Below the pieces are notes generated by a model that ran no database searches, was not told the DNA's origin, and was given only the letters and a program-made list of their open reading frames with translations. A program made the translations under genes and the position numbers. DNA of 64,000 nucleotides, taken from the NCBI RefSeq assembly GCF_000142905.1, contig NW_013657674.1, forward strand, positions 466,709-530,708, read 5' to 3'. This document shows positions 46,238-55,368 of the stretch, piece after piece (positions within the stretch are counted from its first letter, which is position 1; each line of letters begins with the position of its first letter). This DNA is from Thecamonas trahens ATCC 50062. Its lineage: Eukaryota; Protista; Apusomonadida.

Positions 46238-47194
46238 TTACGACGAGTCAGAGTCAGAGTCAGAGTCGGGCTCGTCCCGCGGCAGCGAGGCGATGCGGTC
46301 GAGGTTGGTGAGGGTGGAGGCGGCAAGCCGGAGGTCGCCGAGACTCTCGAGCAGCTGTTTGATCCCCTTTTCGCCAAACTCGGCAATCTTGACCAGCTGC
46401 GTCGACGCAAACTCGGCAGTGAGCTTGATATCGGCGTCGTGGGCCCGCGAGGCCTTGAGCCGCGCTTCCAGCACCCGGACCCGGGCGCGGGCGGCCGAGG
46501 CCCGGGCGTTGGCTGCGGCAAGCTTGGCCTCGATCTTGTCCATGTACTCGGTGAGCATGGCCTGGTCTTTGGCCTCCTTGGCCTGCAGCCGCTCCACCTC
46601 TTCCTGAAGTTCCGCCAGCTTGGCCAGCGCCTGCGGCGGCGTCTGAGCCGCCGCAGCCTCCAGCTCGGCGATCCGTGCCTGTGCCCGAGTCAGAAGCGTC
46701 TCGGCGCGCACAGCGCGTTGCAGCAGAGCGATGGAGGAAGAAGACGATGCTGATGCTGATGCTGATGCGGCTGTTGCTGTTGGCGGCGGGAGTGCTCCGC
46801 CGCCGGACGCCATCTCCTCGAGAAGCTCCGGCTCGGGTGGCGGCGGAGCATCGTGCGAGGCGACAGCAGCGACCGGTGGCAGCGCAATGGCAGCAACCGG
46901 AGGCAGCGATGACGAGACCGAGACAGCAGCAGATGGCGCCGATGAAGCCGACGAAGGAGCCATTGATGAAGATGACTTTCTGACTGAAGACGAGGTCGTC
47001 GATGTCGTCGATGCTTTGGACGGCCGGAAGAAAGAGAACGGGTTGTCGCCAACGTCGCCGTCGTCGTCGTCCACACCACCTGCTCCCCTCGGTCCAGACC
47101 CACCACTGCTGGCTGCGACGGTGGATGCCACAGGCTCCGGAGGGAGCGCCCCGGTCTTTTGGTATGCGGCAAACGAGAACGGGTTGTCGCCCAT
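46238..47194 (-). CDS. ENTR1/SDCCAG3-like endosomal coiled-coil protein
   Basis: Two DNPFSF motifs and a C-terminal coiled coil KEAKDQAMLTEYMDKIEAKL...ASTQLVKIAEFGEKGIKQLLESLGDLRLAASTLTNLDRI, resembling the ENTR1 C-terminus as recalled. Confidence 0.65.
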   Translation of the reverse strand: MGDNPFSFAAYQKTGALPPEPVASTVAASSGGSGPRGAGGVDDDDGDVGDNPFSFFRPSKASTTSTTSSSVRKSSSSMAPSSASSAPSAAVSVSSSLPPVAAIALPPVAAVASHDAPPPPEPELLEEMASGGGALPPPTATAASASASASSSSSIALLQRAVRAETLLTRAQARIAELEAAAAQTPPQALAKLAELQEEVERLQAKEAKDQAMLTEYMDKIEAKLAAANARASAARARVRVLEARLKASRAHDADIKLTAEFASTQLVKIAEFGEKGIKQLLESLGDLRLAASTLTNLDRIASLPRDEPDSDSDSDSS

Positions 47195-47577
47195 GTGTGG
47201 AAGTGGGAGAGGGAGGGGGGAGGGCGTGGGGTGTGACTTGGCTTGGGCCTCACGTGGCTTGGGGGCCTCACGTGGCTTGGGCCTCACGCGGCTGGTCTTG
47301 ATCAGTCACGACTTGATCAAGAGCTGATCGATCGCGGCTTTGCCCGAGGTCGAGACAGAGGCTGTGGTCGAGGCTGAGCAGGGGATGCGGTGGCAGAGGT
47401 GAGTCATGGTGGGCGAATTGAGGTGGACGGACACGTTGCAAGCGCGATCATACAGTTGAGCCGTGGCGAAGGTGTCAGACTCGCGACACGGATGCGATCG
47501 GGCGGGATCGGGCAGAGTCGACGGGTGCCCGAGTGGCACACGCCTCTCACACGCCGCGTCGGTGCCAGGGACCGGTA

Positions 47578-48634
47578 ATGCCCGGAAGCGCCGGAAAGAA
47601 GCGAATCACCAAGGTAGGCATGGAGGATAGGGAAAAGTTGGGGTGGGCGGTCGGAACATCGATTCCATCGCGATGTGTGGGGGCCATGCGCGTGGCAAGA
47701 GCGGGTGTTGTTCCCGGAGTTGTTCCTGACTTGTGCACGTGAAACTGCGGAGAGTGTTCCATGCGTGCAGGCCGATGATAATGGGGAGTGTTTTTGAGGC
47801 CATCTTCGAGCGATCATCGGCACCAAGGGGTCCATGGACCAGCTTCGGAAGAAACTCATCACGATGTGATGTCGGATGCGGCAGGAGCTCGAGTTGCTGG
47901 CGGGTGACGAGTCGGTCCAGGTGCGGACGGTCGACTCGCCGGCGCATTGGGTGGCCAAGATGGATGGGCCTCACGGAACACCGTACGATGGCGGGACGTT
48001 CTTCCTGGACATCACGTTCTCGCACAACTATCCGTTTACGCCACCGAGAGTCAAGTTCCTCACCCGCATCTATCACCCCAACATCAACGCCGAGGGCGCG
48101 ATCTGTCTCGATCTGCTCAAGGACCAGTGGTCGCCGGCGCTCCGCATGTCGCAGCTCATCATGTCCATCGCCTCGCTGCTGGGCGAACCCAACCCCGACG
48201 ATCCGCTTGTCCTCTCCATTGCTAAGGTGTACAAGTCTGATCCGCGCCGATACAATGGGATCGCCCGTGAGTGGACTCTTCGGTTTGCGGTCGGCAACAA
48301 GCCGCCGCTTGGCGTTTCGTTTGATCACAGGCAGAAGCCGCCGCAGTGGCGCCGCATGACCAAGCGCGAAAAGGCGGAGCGAGTCGCAGCCAAGGCGGCC
48401 AAAGCCAGGGCCAAGGTGGATGCCAAAACCTCGGCTGCGTCCAACGCGCAGGCTAAGCGTAAGCGCAAGAGCAAGCGCAAGAGCAAGAACAAGAGCAAGA
48501 ACAAGAACAAGGGCAAGGGCAAGGAAGCTATAGACGCTGTAGACGCCTCAGATTGTGGTGGTCAGAGTAACGATGGAGACGATGGCAGCGTTTTCACCCC
48601 TGATCCGGTCTCGGGCTTGAGCTCGGCTATGTGA
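47578..48634 (+). CDS. Ubiquitin-conjugating enzyme E2 (UBC4/5-like core) with basic C-terminal extension; join(47578..47613,47885..48634)
   Basis: The phase-0 intron GTAGGC...CGGCAG restores MPGSAGKKRITK-ELELL. Motifs GPHGTPYDGG, YPFTPPRVKF, YHPNINAEGAICLDLLKDQWSPAL and PNPDDPL. Confidence 0.92.
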
Positions 48635-48926
48635 CCGCGGGCAAAACCCATCGTCGTGCTTGAGATGCACGCGCAAAGCCACCAAAGACCATCTGATGCA
48701 CAGCTGACTTTTTTTCCAGCAAACGCGTTGATGTGGTGCGCTCCCGTTTTACCATTGGGTGTCTTGTGTAGGTGTGCAGGTGTGCAAGTGTGCCGCGCAT
48801 CGGGCTACAGAGCTTACTACACAGCCAAGAGCGGAGTGGGTGTGCGTGCGGAGGCAAGTCGAGCGGGACAAAGGGCATTCTGGCCCGATACAAGCGTGAG
48901 GCTTGGTCATTCGCGAGAGAGCCGAG

Positions 48927-49619
48927 CTACCGCGAGGCGAGGCCGTGGTCGGCAAGATAGCTCTTGAACGTGGGATCGATCTCAGCGCGGTAGGGGATGT
49001 AGTAGTAGCCGTCGCGCAGCGGGTGCAACCCGGGCTCGCGGGCCCACCATTCGAGCATGACGGTATCTGCGTCAAACTCAAAGACATGCGGCGTGTGCGG
49101 GTCGATGACAATGGTCTCACCCGGACCGTAAGAGGCCTTGGTCTCGATGCGCGAGCCGACAGCCTGGCCATCGCGGAAGCCGATCTCCTGAAAAGCCATG
49201 CGCGTGACGAGCGCCCGGCCCGAGACCACATAGTCATACTGAGCCATAGGATGAAGGTCTCCAGACCGGCGGGCACCGCGCTTCGAGTACAGCACATGCG
49301 CCTCGCTGGGCAGGGCCGAGTCAGGCAGGGCAGCCTTGATGACAGCGCCGCGGGCATCTGAACTCGCGAGAGGCGCATCACGGGCAACAGCGATGGCTGC
49401 ATCTGGATAAACGTCAACAATCGGCACCACCAGATTGCTCTGGTAGATGGCAGGAGCAGAAGCAGCAGCAGCAAGCAGAGCCATACGATCAACAGGTGGG
49501 GTGTAGAGGACGAGCCAGCCGACGAGGATGCAGCCACCCAGGACAATGGCTGTCAGCACAGCCGCACGTCGTCCTGCCTCCGCCTTGCCCAGTCGCTGCC
49601 GCACCACTCGTCGTCCCAT
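48927..49619 (-). CDS. Type II membrane-anchored cupin (RmlC/FdtA-like fold)
   Basis: Basic N-terminus plus a single TM segment. Cupin pattern DARG...SKRGARRSGDLH...YVVSG...GETIVIDPHTPHVFEFDADTVMLEWW. Confidence 0.65.
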   Translation of the reverse strand: MGRRVVRQRLGKAEAGRRAAVLTAIVLGGCILVGWLVLYTPPVDRMALLAAAASAPAIYQSNLVVPIVDVYPDAAIAVARDAPLASSDARGAVIKAALPDSALPSEAHVLYSKRGARRSGDLHPMAQYDYVVSGRALVTRMAFQEIGFRDGQAVGSRIETKASYGPGETIVIDPHTPHVFEFDADTVMLEWWAREPGLHPLRDGYYYIPYRAEIDPTFKSYLADHGLASR

Positions 49620-50413
49620 TACTCTTGTTCTCGGGAAGAGGAAGAGGTGTGGTGACCGTGGCGCTTGTCGTCGCCCTGTCACTGGTCTGCCCGCTGCCTC
49701 ACCACACTCGAGTCACCCGTCAGTGCCCGAACTGCCCGACTGCCGACTTGCTGGGGGTGCACGATGGCATGATGGGCGCAGACGCTAAAGGAGGCAAGCA
49801 GGGCCCACTCCTTCTTGACGGACACGATCATGGTGTTGATGAGTAGTATGAGGTGGTAAAGATACTCTGTCTACAGGCAAAGGTAGAAGATGGTGTTCCA
49901 TGGGTCTCTCTCTTTGTCCCTTGCCGGCGACGAGGACCGGTTTCGGCTGATCATTCGTCGTCGCTGCATCACCTGATGACGGCCATCACACGCTGATCCG
50001 CTGTCTGTTACACCTCATCCACCACACCATACTACCAATTCAATGTCATACTCTTATTTTTAACCTTTGTTGGGAACAAGACACCGTACACAACCGCAGA
50101 TCGTCCCTACACCCTCCTCCATTTCTCCTGCCCTTGATCATCCACCGTCAGCCACCGACGTTGCCTCACAGACTCTCCCGTCCAGCCGCCTCCTCCTCTC
50201 CTCTCTCCACGTCCCACCTAATCTAACTGGCTGATCCAGTCTCCTGGCTATCCATGGCAGGCACCATGGCCAGATCAGTTTGTGTCGCTATGCCAACCGG
50301 GCGACTCGACGCAGCTGTGGCACCAGCTCGTGGACCGCGGGCAGCGAGCAGCAAGCAGCGGGCAGGGGCAGCGGCAGTGGCAGCTGCAACACTCGACTGA
50401 GAGCAGTTCATTC

Positions 50414-51067
50414 ATGCCGCGGCGGGTGAAGCGAACGCCGCGTGCGTCTACGACTAGCCGGAAGCGGAAGCGAGGCGGGGAGGATGGTGGGCTGCTTGAG
50501 TTGCCTGCTGTGGTGCCTATGAGCTTTGTGCCGGCTGCTGCTGGCGGCTATACCGCTGTCGGGTTGGGTGGACGGAGCGGGAGCAAGCGCAAGGCGCTGC
50601 GGTCGGGTGGACGAGCTGCGGTGGTGCCGCTGCGGAGCCGGGCACGACGGGTCCAGGCGAGGCTTGCTGCGCTGGAGATGAACAATGCAAAGGTCCATAC
50701 GGAGCTGGAGACGCTGCCGCTCGACGGCGGCGCCGACATGGTCTCGTCGGTCTACGGGGTGGCTGGAAAGAAGGGTGCGGCCAAGGATCGTGCCAAGCAT
50801 CGGGCCATTGTGCAAGCCAAGAGGAACTACGGCAAGGTGTTTTCTCGGTATGTGGCCGAGCTGGGTGGCTTGCCTGACGTAGCCGCCAGCCACAAGCCCA
50901 ACTACCTCACGGTCCGTGCCCGCAGCTCACGCGAGCCACCGCGCGCCTTTTGCGACGTTTGCGGACTCATCGGCCCGTACACTTGCACCGTCTGCGGTGT
51001 ACGCTACTGCCAGCTTGCGTGTCTTGCCATCCACAGCGAGTCGCGGTGCACGAGCTACAAGCGGTAA
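50414..51067 (+). CDS. ZNHIT1: ZNHIT1/Vps71/Swc6 zinc-finger HIT protein (SWR1/SRCAP subunit)
   Basis: RLAALEMNN and PNYLTVRARSSREPPRAFCDVCGLIGPYTCTVCGVRYCQLACLAIHSESRC. Confidence 0.88.
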   Translation: MPRRVKRTPRASTTSRKRKRGGEDGGLLELPAVVPMSFVPAAAGGYTAVGLGGRSGSKRKALRSGGRAAVVPLRSRARRVQARLAALEMNNAKVHTELETLPLDGGADMVSSVYGVAGKKGAAKDRAKHRAIVQAKRNYGKVFSRYVAELGGLPDVAASHKPNYLTVRARSSREPPRAFCDVCGLIGPYTCTVCGVRYCQLACLAIHSESRCTSYKR

Positions 51068-51089
51068 TGCTGGCGCCCTTAGTCCGGAT

Positions 51090-52616
51090 TTAGTACGGAG
51101 CGTGGCGACTGGACGATGAGCCTGGGGTCGACTCCTCGCGCTCGATCGAGGCGCCGATGGTGGCCGCAAAGTGGTCCTCCAGCTCACCGGCACCGCGGGT
51201 CTTGTGGGCGAGCTCGGCCTTGTAGATGTACTGCGGATCGAGGTAGAGGTCTGTGTCGAGGTTGCGGACCTTGCGGGTGAGGTCGGCGCAGGCGGCGATC
51301 GTCTCGTGGAGCTTGCGCATGGTGCGGGCATCGTCAAAGGTCTCGGGATCGGCGTGGAACTGAACCATGCCGGTGGCCTCGTTGACCGAGGCGTGGATCT
51401 GCCCGCGGCGGATCATGGCGAGGACGTGGACGAGGGCGTCGTCGGGTGAGGCGAGGCCGACCGACGCCGCGATGGACTCCAACGAGACCGTGACGTAGGT
51501 GGCGGTGAGATCGTGGATGCGGCGCTGGGTGAGCGCGTGGCGGGCGAGCTTGGCCAGACCCCAGTTCCCGTCGTCGACCAGCGCCGGGCCGTGCTCGACG
51601 AGTGCGGCGTCAAGCGCTTCGGGCTCTCCGCCCGCAAACGCTGCCGCCAGCGCGTCATACGCCTCGCCAAACGCACGCAGGTGCCTTGCCACCATATCCG
51701 GCACATACTTGGGCAGCGGCACAACCTTGCCGTGCTCGAGCAGCGAAGCGAGCACGTACTTTTTGACGCGGTGATAAAGATGGCCGACACTGCGCGGACC
51801 GGGACCGAGAACAGCAGCGTGAACGCGTCGAGCGCCTCGCCGTACTCCTTGCATCCGATGCACACCACGCCTGCGTAGTACAGGTACTGCAGCAGCTCGC
51901 GCGGCCGCAGCTGGCTCGCTCCCGGCTCGAGCTCGTCCACCGGCGTCGCGAGCCAGCTCTTGAACCCGACGGCGTAGCACGCCGATCGGATGCACGCCAG
52001 CATCAGCTCTGGATGCGCCTCGTTGACCACGCCCGGAAGCTTGCGCGCCAGCTCCATCAGTGGGCGGATGACCGCCTTACCCCCGTGCACCTTGCCCATC
52101 CGGCTCAGAACCTTCACCAGCCCCGCGCATGCCTCGGGCGCGAGCTCGAGCTGCTCCTTGTCAGCCGCCAGCACAAAGTTGGTTACGTTGGTCACATCAT
52201 CCTGGCTCACATTGTCCTTGCGCGCCTGGCCATAGGCCACACTGTTTCCCCCTCCCCCCAACCACCGTCGACATCATCGTCGCCAGAGTTGCCGTCGTCC
52301 GAGTCAGAGTGAGTTTCACGCCCTTTTCCTGCACCCTGGTTGTTCGGAGGCAGGCGATCACGATCGCGATCGCGATCGTGATCGCGATGGCGACCGTCTT
52401 TGTGCGGCGAGGGCAAGGCAAAGAAGGGACGTACAAGATATAGAGAGCACCGAGGGTGTGTGTGGTAAAGTCAAGCTCTTCCAGGGCGCCAGGAAGCTCG
52501 TCGACCGCGTCCTTCAGCAGCGACGACGAGGACTTGAGGTGCTTGGCCAGAGCCTTGAGCTCGGCAAGGTTCGACGACCGAGCGAGAATGGACTGCGTCA
52601 GCGTCTCCACGTCCAT
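51090..52616 (-). CDS. COPS3: COP9 signalosome subunit 3; exon 1 52616..52435, intron 52434..52242, -1 frame break at TTTTT 51760..51764
   Basis: Motifs HTLGALYI, QLELAPE, LQYLYYAGVVCIG, VSAIFITAS[K]KYVLASLL, PLPKY, DGNWGLAK, IHDLTATYVTVSL and MIRRGQIHASVN..GMVQF (PCI domain). Intron GTACGT...AAACAG is phase 2. Confidence 0.9.
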
Positions 52617-52975
52617 GGCGAAAGAGAGGATGTGTGGAGGTGGAGTATGTGTATGTGTGTGTGGGGTGGGGCGGGTGGGGAGGGGTGGAGAGAAGTGGTT
52701 GTGGTTGTGTATGTGGTGGAGGGGAGGGGGGTGGGGTGGGAGAGGGGAAGAGGCAACAGAAGGGGGTCGGCTCTCGGCTGCCTGTGCCCGAAAGAAGGCT
52801 GCCGGCTGGCGTGGGAGCGGAGGAGCAGGCGGGCGGTTGGACGGGCAGAGGACAGCGGCCATCACGATCCAATGGGTTTATTCCACGTTGTCTGGCCTGT
52901 GGGTGGTTGGCCTGTGGTCACAGTGATGAAAAACGGATCAGGCTGCTCTCGCGCCCAGGGTGTGTGTGTGTGTGA

Positions 52976-53422
52976 TTAGGCCGACGCGCACGAGTTACGC
53001 ATCTCGTTGAGGAGAGCGTGGTAAATGCCATCACAGACGGTCTTGACGGCGGCGTTGTCAACAGTCGAGTACGATGAGGTCCACTCGACGACGCAGGCAC
53101 CGTCTGCGGCCTCAGGCCCGGCGTTGATCTCGATGACCCGGACGGTTCCGATGTACTCGCCGGTCTGGAGATCAGAGGCAACAGGCGTGCCCGGGCCGTC
53201 GTCGATGCGGTACGAGAAGGTCTTGCCCTCGTCATCAAAGACAGTGAGCGTCTCGGCAAAGACACCGTTGATGACCCGAGTGGCCCCGACCGTTGTCGGC
53301 TCGCCGTCGCCCTCGCATGACGTCACCACGTTGGGCGCCCACGAGAGGTCGTGGAACGACCGAATGGTGGCCCAGACCGAGTCGGCGGACGACGGGATAA
53401 ACACTGCGTGGCTACAAGACAT
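52976..53422 (-). CDS. SRPBCC/polyketide-cyclase (START-like) family protein, bacterial-like
   Basis: ADSVWATIRSFHDLSWAPNVV...VGATRVING.FAETLT.FD....FSYRIDDGPG...YIGTVRV...VEWTSSY...IYHALL; intronless, 148 aa. Confidence 0.85.
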   Translation of the reverse strand: MSCSHAVFIPSSADSVWATIRSFHDLSWAPNVVTSCEGDGEPTTVGATRVINGVFAETLTVFDDEGKTFSYRIDDGPGTPVASDLQTGEYIGTVRVIEINAGPEAADGACVVEWTSSYSTVDNAAVKTVCDGIYHALLNEMRNSCASA

Positions 53423-54375
53423 GGTGTGCGAGAGTGAGGTGGTGCTGCCCTCCGTCCACCCCGTCCTCCCGCTTTGCCCCCGCCAGTCCCCGCTGCCGAA
53501 AAATGCGTGTCGACGTGTTGGCGAGTGGATGCTCGGGAAGAGATAGGCTGCGCAGGACAGGCTACTACAGCCAGAACTAGATAACCAGCAACCCAAGGCT
53601 AGACTCTGACAATGGTTTGCAAAATCTTGATTGTTGTGCCGTCATGTTGCGGCCCTTTTCAACGTCGATGTATCCTCCCGGGATCTAGCTCGGATCGCAA
53701 TTAAAGTTGTGTACAACACACTCTTCCTCTTGCTTGGGCTAAGGGCTCTTGCTCATCCTGTTTGCAACACGACACAAACCGCTTTGCCATCAATCTGACT
53801 AGAGAGGAAACAAATCACTCTTCCTCCTCCTTACCCCGCTCCACCTTCCCATCTTGCCGTACATCTTCCCATTGTCGCTCGCCCGCCACCACAAAACACC
53901 ACACTTTTTCTCCCCCGACAGCCACCGCGATACACCCCTGCCTTTCCGATCACCTGCTTCCGCCATTGCAATGGAGCCACTGTAGTATCTCTCATCTCCC
54001 CCTCTTCTTACCCCCCCCCTCCTTTCCCTCCATCGTCTCCATCCCGACATCCCCCTCGAGGATCTTCCCTCCTCCCAATTCCGCTATGTTGTCATGTCGG
54101 CAAAGCTTCCACCACAACAACTTCCACCCTACCTCCCCCCCCACCCCACCACCCCACCTCCCCTCCTTGCCCTAACCCTCTTCACGACCCCAACAATTCA
54201 CTCACCCCCCTCGTACCCCCCCTCCACCCACATGTAAGTCCCCTCACCCCCTCTCGACTTTATCCCTCTGTCCTACCCTCCTCACCGTCCCCATCCCCTC
54301 CACACCCTCCTTCCTCCGTCATGGAACATTCCTCTGCCCACACTCACCCCTCCCCCTTCCACCAAACACGCGCAG

Positions 54376-55311
54376 ATGACTCGCATACGCATCACCAACC
54401 CTTCCACAGGCGAAGAAGTGGTTGTTGACAAGGCTAAGGAGCCTCCACCCTCTCCGGTCCATGCCTCACACCCTTTGCCTCTGCCATCGCCGTCGCCATC
54501 GCTGTCGCCATCGCCGTCGCCGTCGCGCCCACTCCCTGCCCAACGTCACTCGGCTCGTCGCCGTCCTCGTCCCACGGTCCGCACCCGCGGATCGGCCTTG
54601 TACGCATCCGCGTCACCAACGTCACCGGTCTCGGCTGATGTGGTGAGCGCAGGCTCGCAGCCATCGCTGTCGCCTACCGCGGCATGGAGCGGGTCGGGCG
54701 GCTCTCCGTCTGGCTCACCACCTGCTGCGGCGCGGGCGTTTGCCCACCCATCAGGCTCGCCATCAAGCCCATCGGTGGCGTGGGCTGGACCCGGACCAGC
54801 TGTGGCGGCGGCGGCAGCCGTGGACGGATTGGGCGCGCTGCGATCACCGACGGCGAGCTCTCCGTCGCCGGCAGCGCGGCCATGGACGCCTTACGGCTCG
54901 CCGGCGTCGGAGAAAGGCATGTCTGCAGTCTCACCGTTTCAGCTGCGGACGACAGAGGGGTTGGACCCCTCTGCAGCGTCGGCGGTTCTCGGCGCAGCAT
55001 CATGGATGGTTGACCAGGTCGATGCCGCCGCTGGCTCGCCCGTGCCCGGCGAGCGGTTGATGATGGCGCGGATCTCCAGCACGGCGCGCAACGTGCCGGC
55101 GCATCTCATCGGTGCCGTCGACGCTCCGCTCCCCGCCTGCGTCCGCGTCGGCATCTGCGAGCGCTTCCAGGCCGAGCTCGACACCACATTCAATAATGTG
55201 GTGTACTTTGCTGGGCCTGACGCGGGCTGGCTCACCATCGATGCCCTCACCGCCTCGATGATGGGCTCTGGGCTATCGCGGCCGGGAACTGCCAGCGCCT
55301 CGCACGAGTGA
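54376..55311 (+). CDS. Ser/Pro-rich protein with small C-terminal globular domain, unknown function (possible upstream exon/5' intron 54234..54375)
   Basis: 311-aa ORF whose ATG is directly preceded by CGCAG, with a GTAAGT donor at 54234. N-terminal motif IRITNPSTGEEV. Confidence 0.65.
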   Translation: MTRIRITNPSTGEEVVVDKAKEPPPSPVHASHPLPLPSPSPSLSPSPSPSRPLPAQRHSARRRPRPTVRTRGSALYASASPTSPVSADVVSAGSQPSLSPTAAWSGSGGSPSGSPPAAARAFAHPSGSPSSPSVAWAGPGPAVAAAAAVDGLGALRSPTASSPSPAARPWTPYGSPASEKGMSAVSPFQLRTTEGLDPSAASAVLGAASWMVDQVDAAAGSPVPGERLMMARISSTARNVPAHLIGAVDAPLPACVRVGICERFQAELDTTFNNVVYFAGPDAGWLTIDALTASMMGSGLSRPGTASASHE

Positions 55312-55368
55312 CGCACGTTTGCTCTGTCCGCTAAGGATCCCCCGTCTACTACCTAAAGCTTTACACTC

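Noticed and set aside
47795-47869. Two in-frame TGA codons upstream of the E2 core suggesting selenocysteine or readthrough
   Set aside because: Both lie within the intron 47614..47884, whose removal restores a canonical KRITKEL N-terminus.
49820-50000. Possible box C/D snoRNA (TGATGA...CTGA motifs)
   Set aside because: The spacing is poor and I could not identify a terminal stem or an rRNA-complementary guide.
2805-52616. A dedicated genome-maintenance gene cluster (POLA1, FANCM, ATR, E2, ZNHIT1, CSN3)
   Set aside because: These genes are interspersed with many unrelated ones. Only the FANCM/ATR adjacency is retained as a finding.
17833-52616. Calling the frame-broken genes pseudogenes
   Set aside because: Catalytic and structural motifs are intact on both sides of every break, and several of these genes (ATR, CSN3) are normally single-copy and important.
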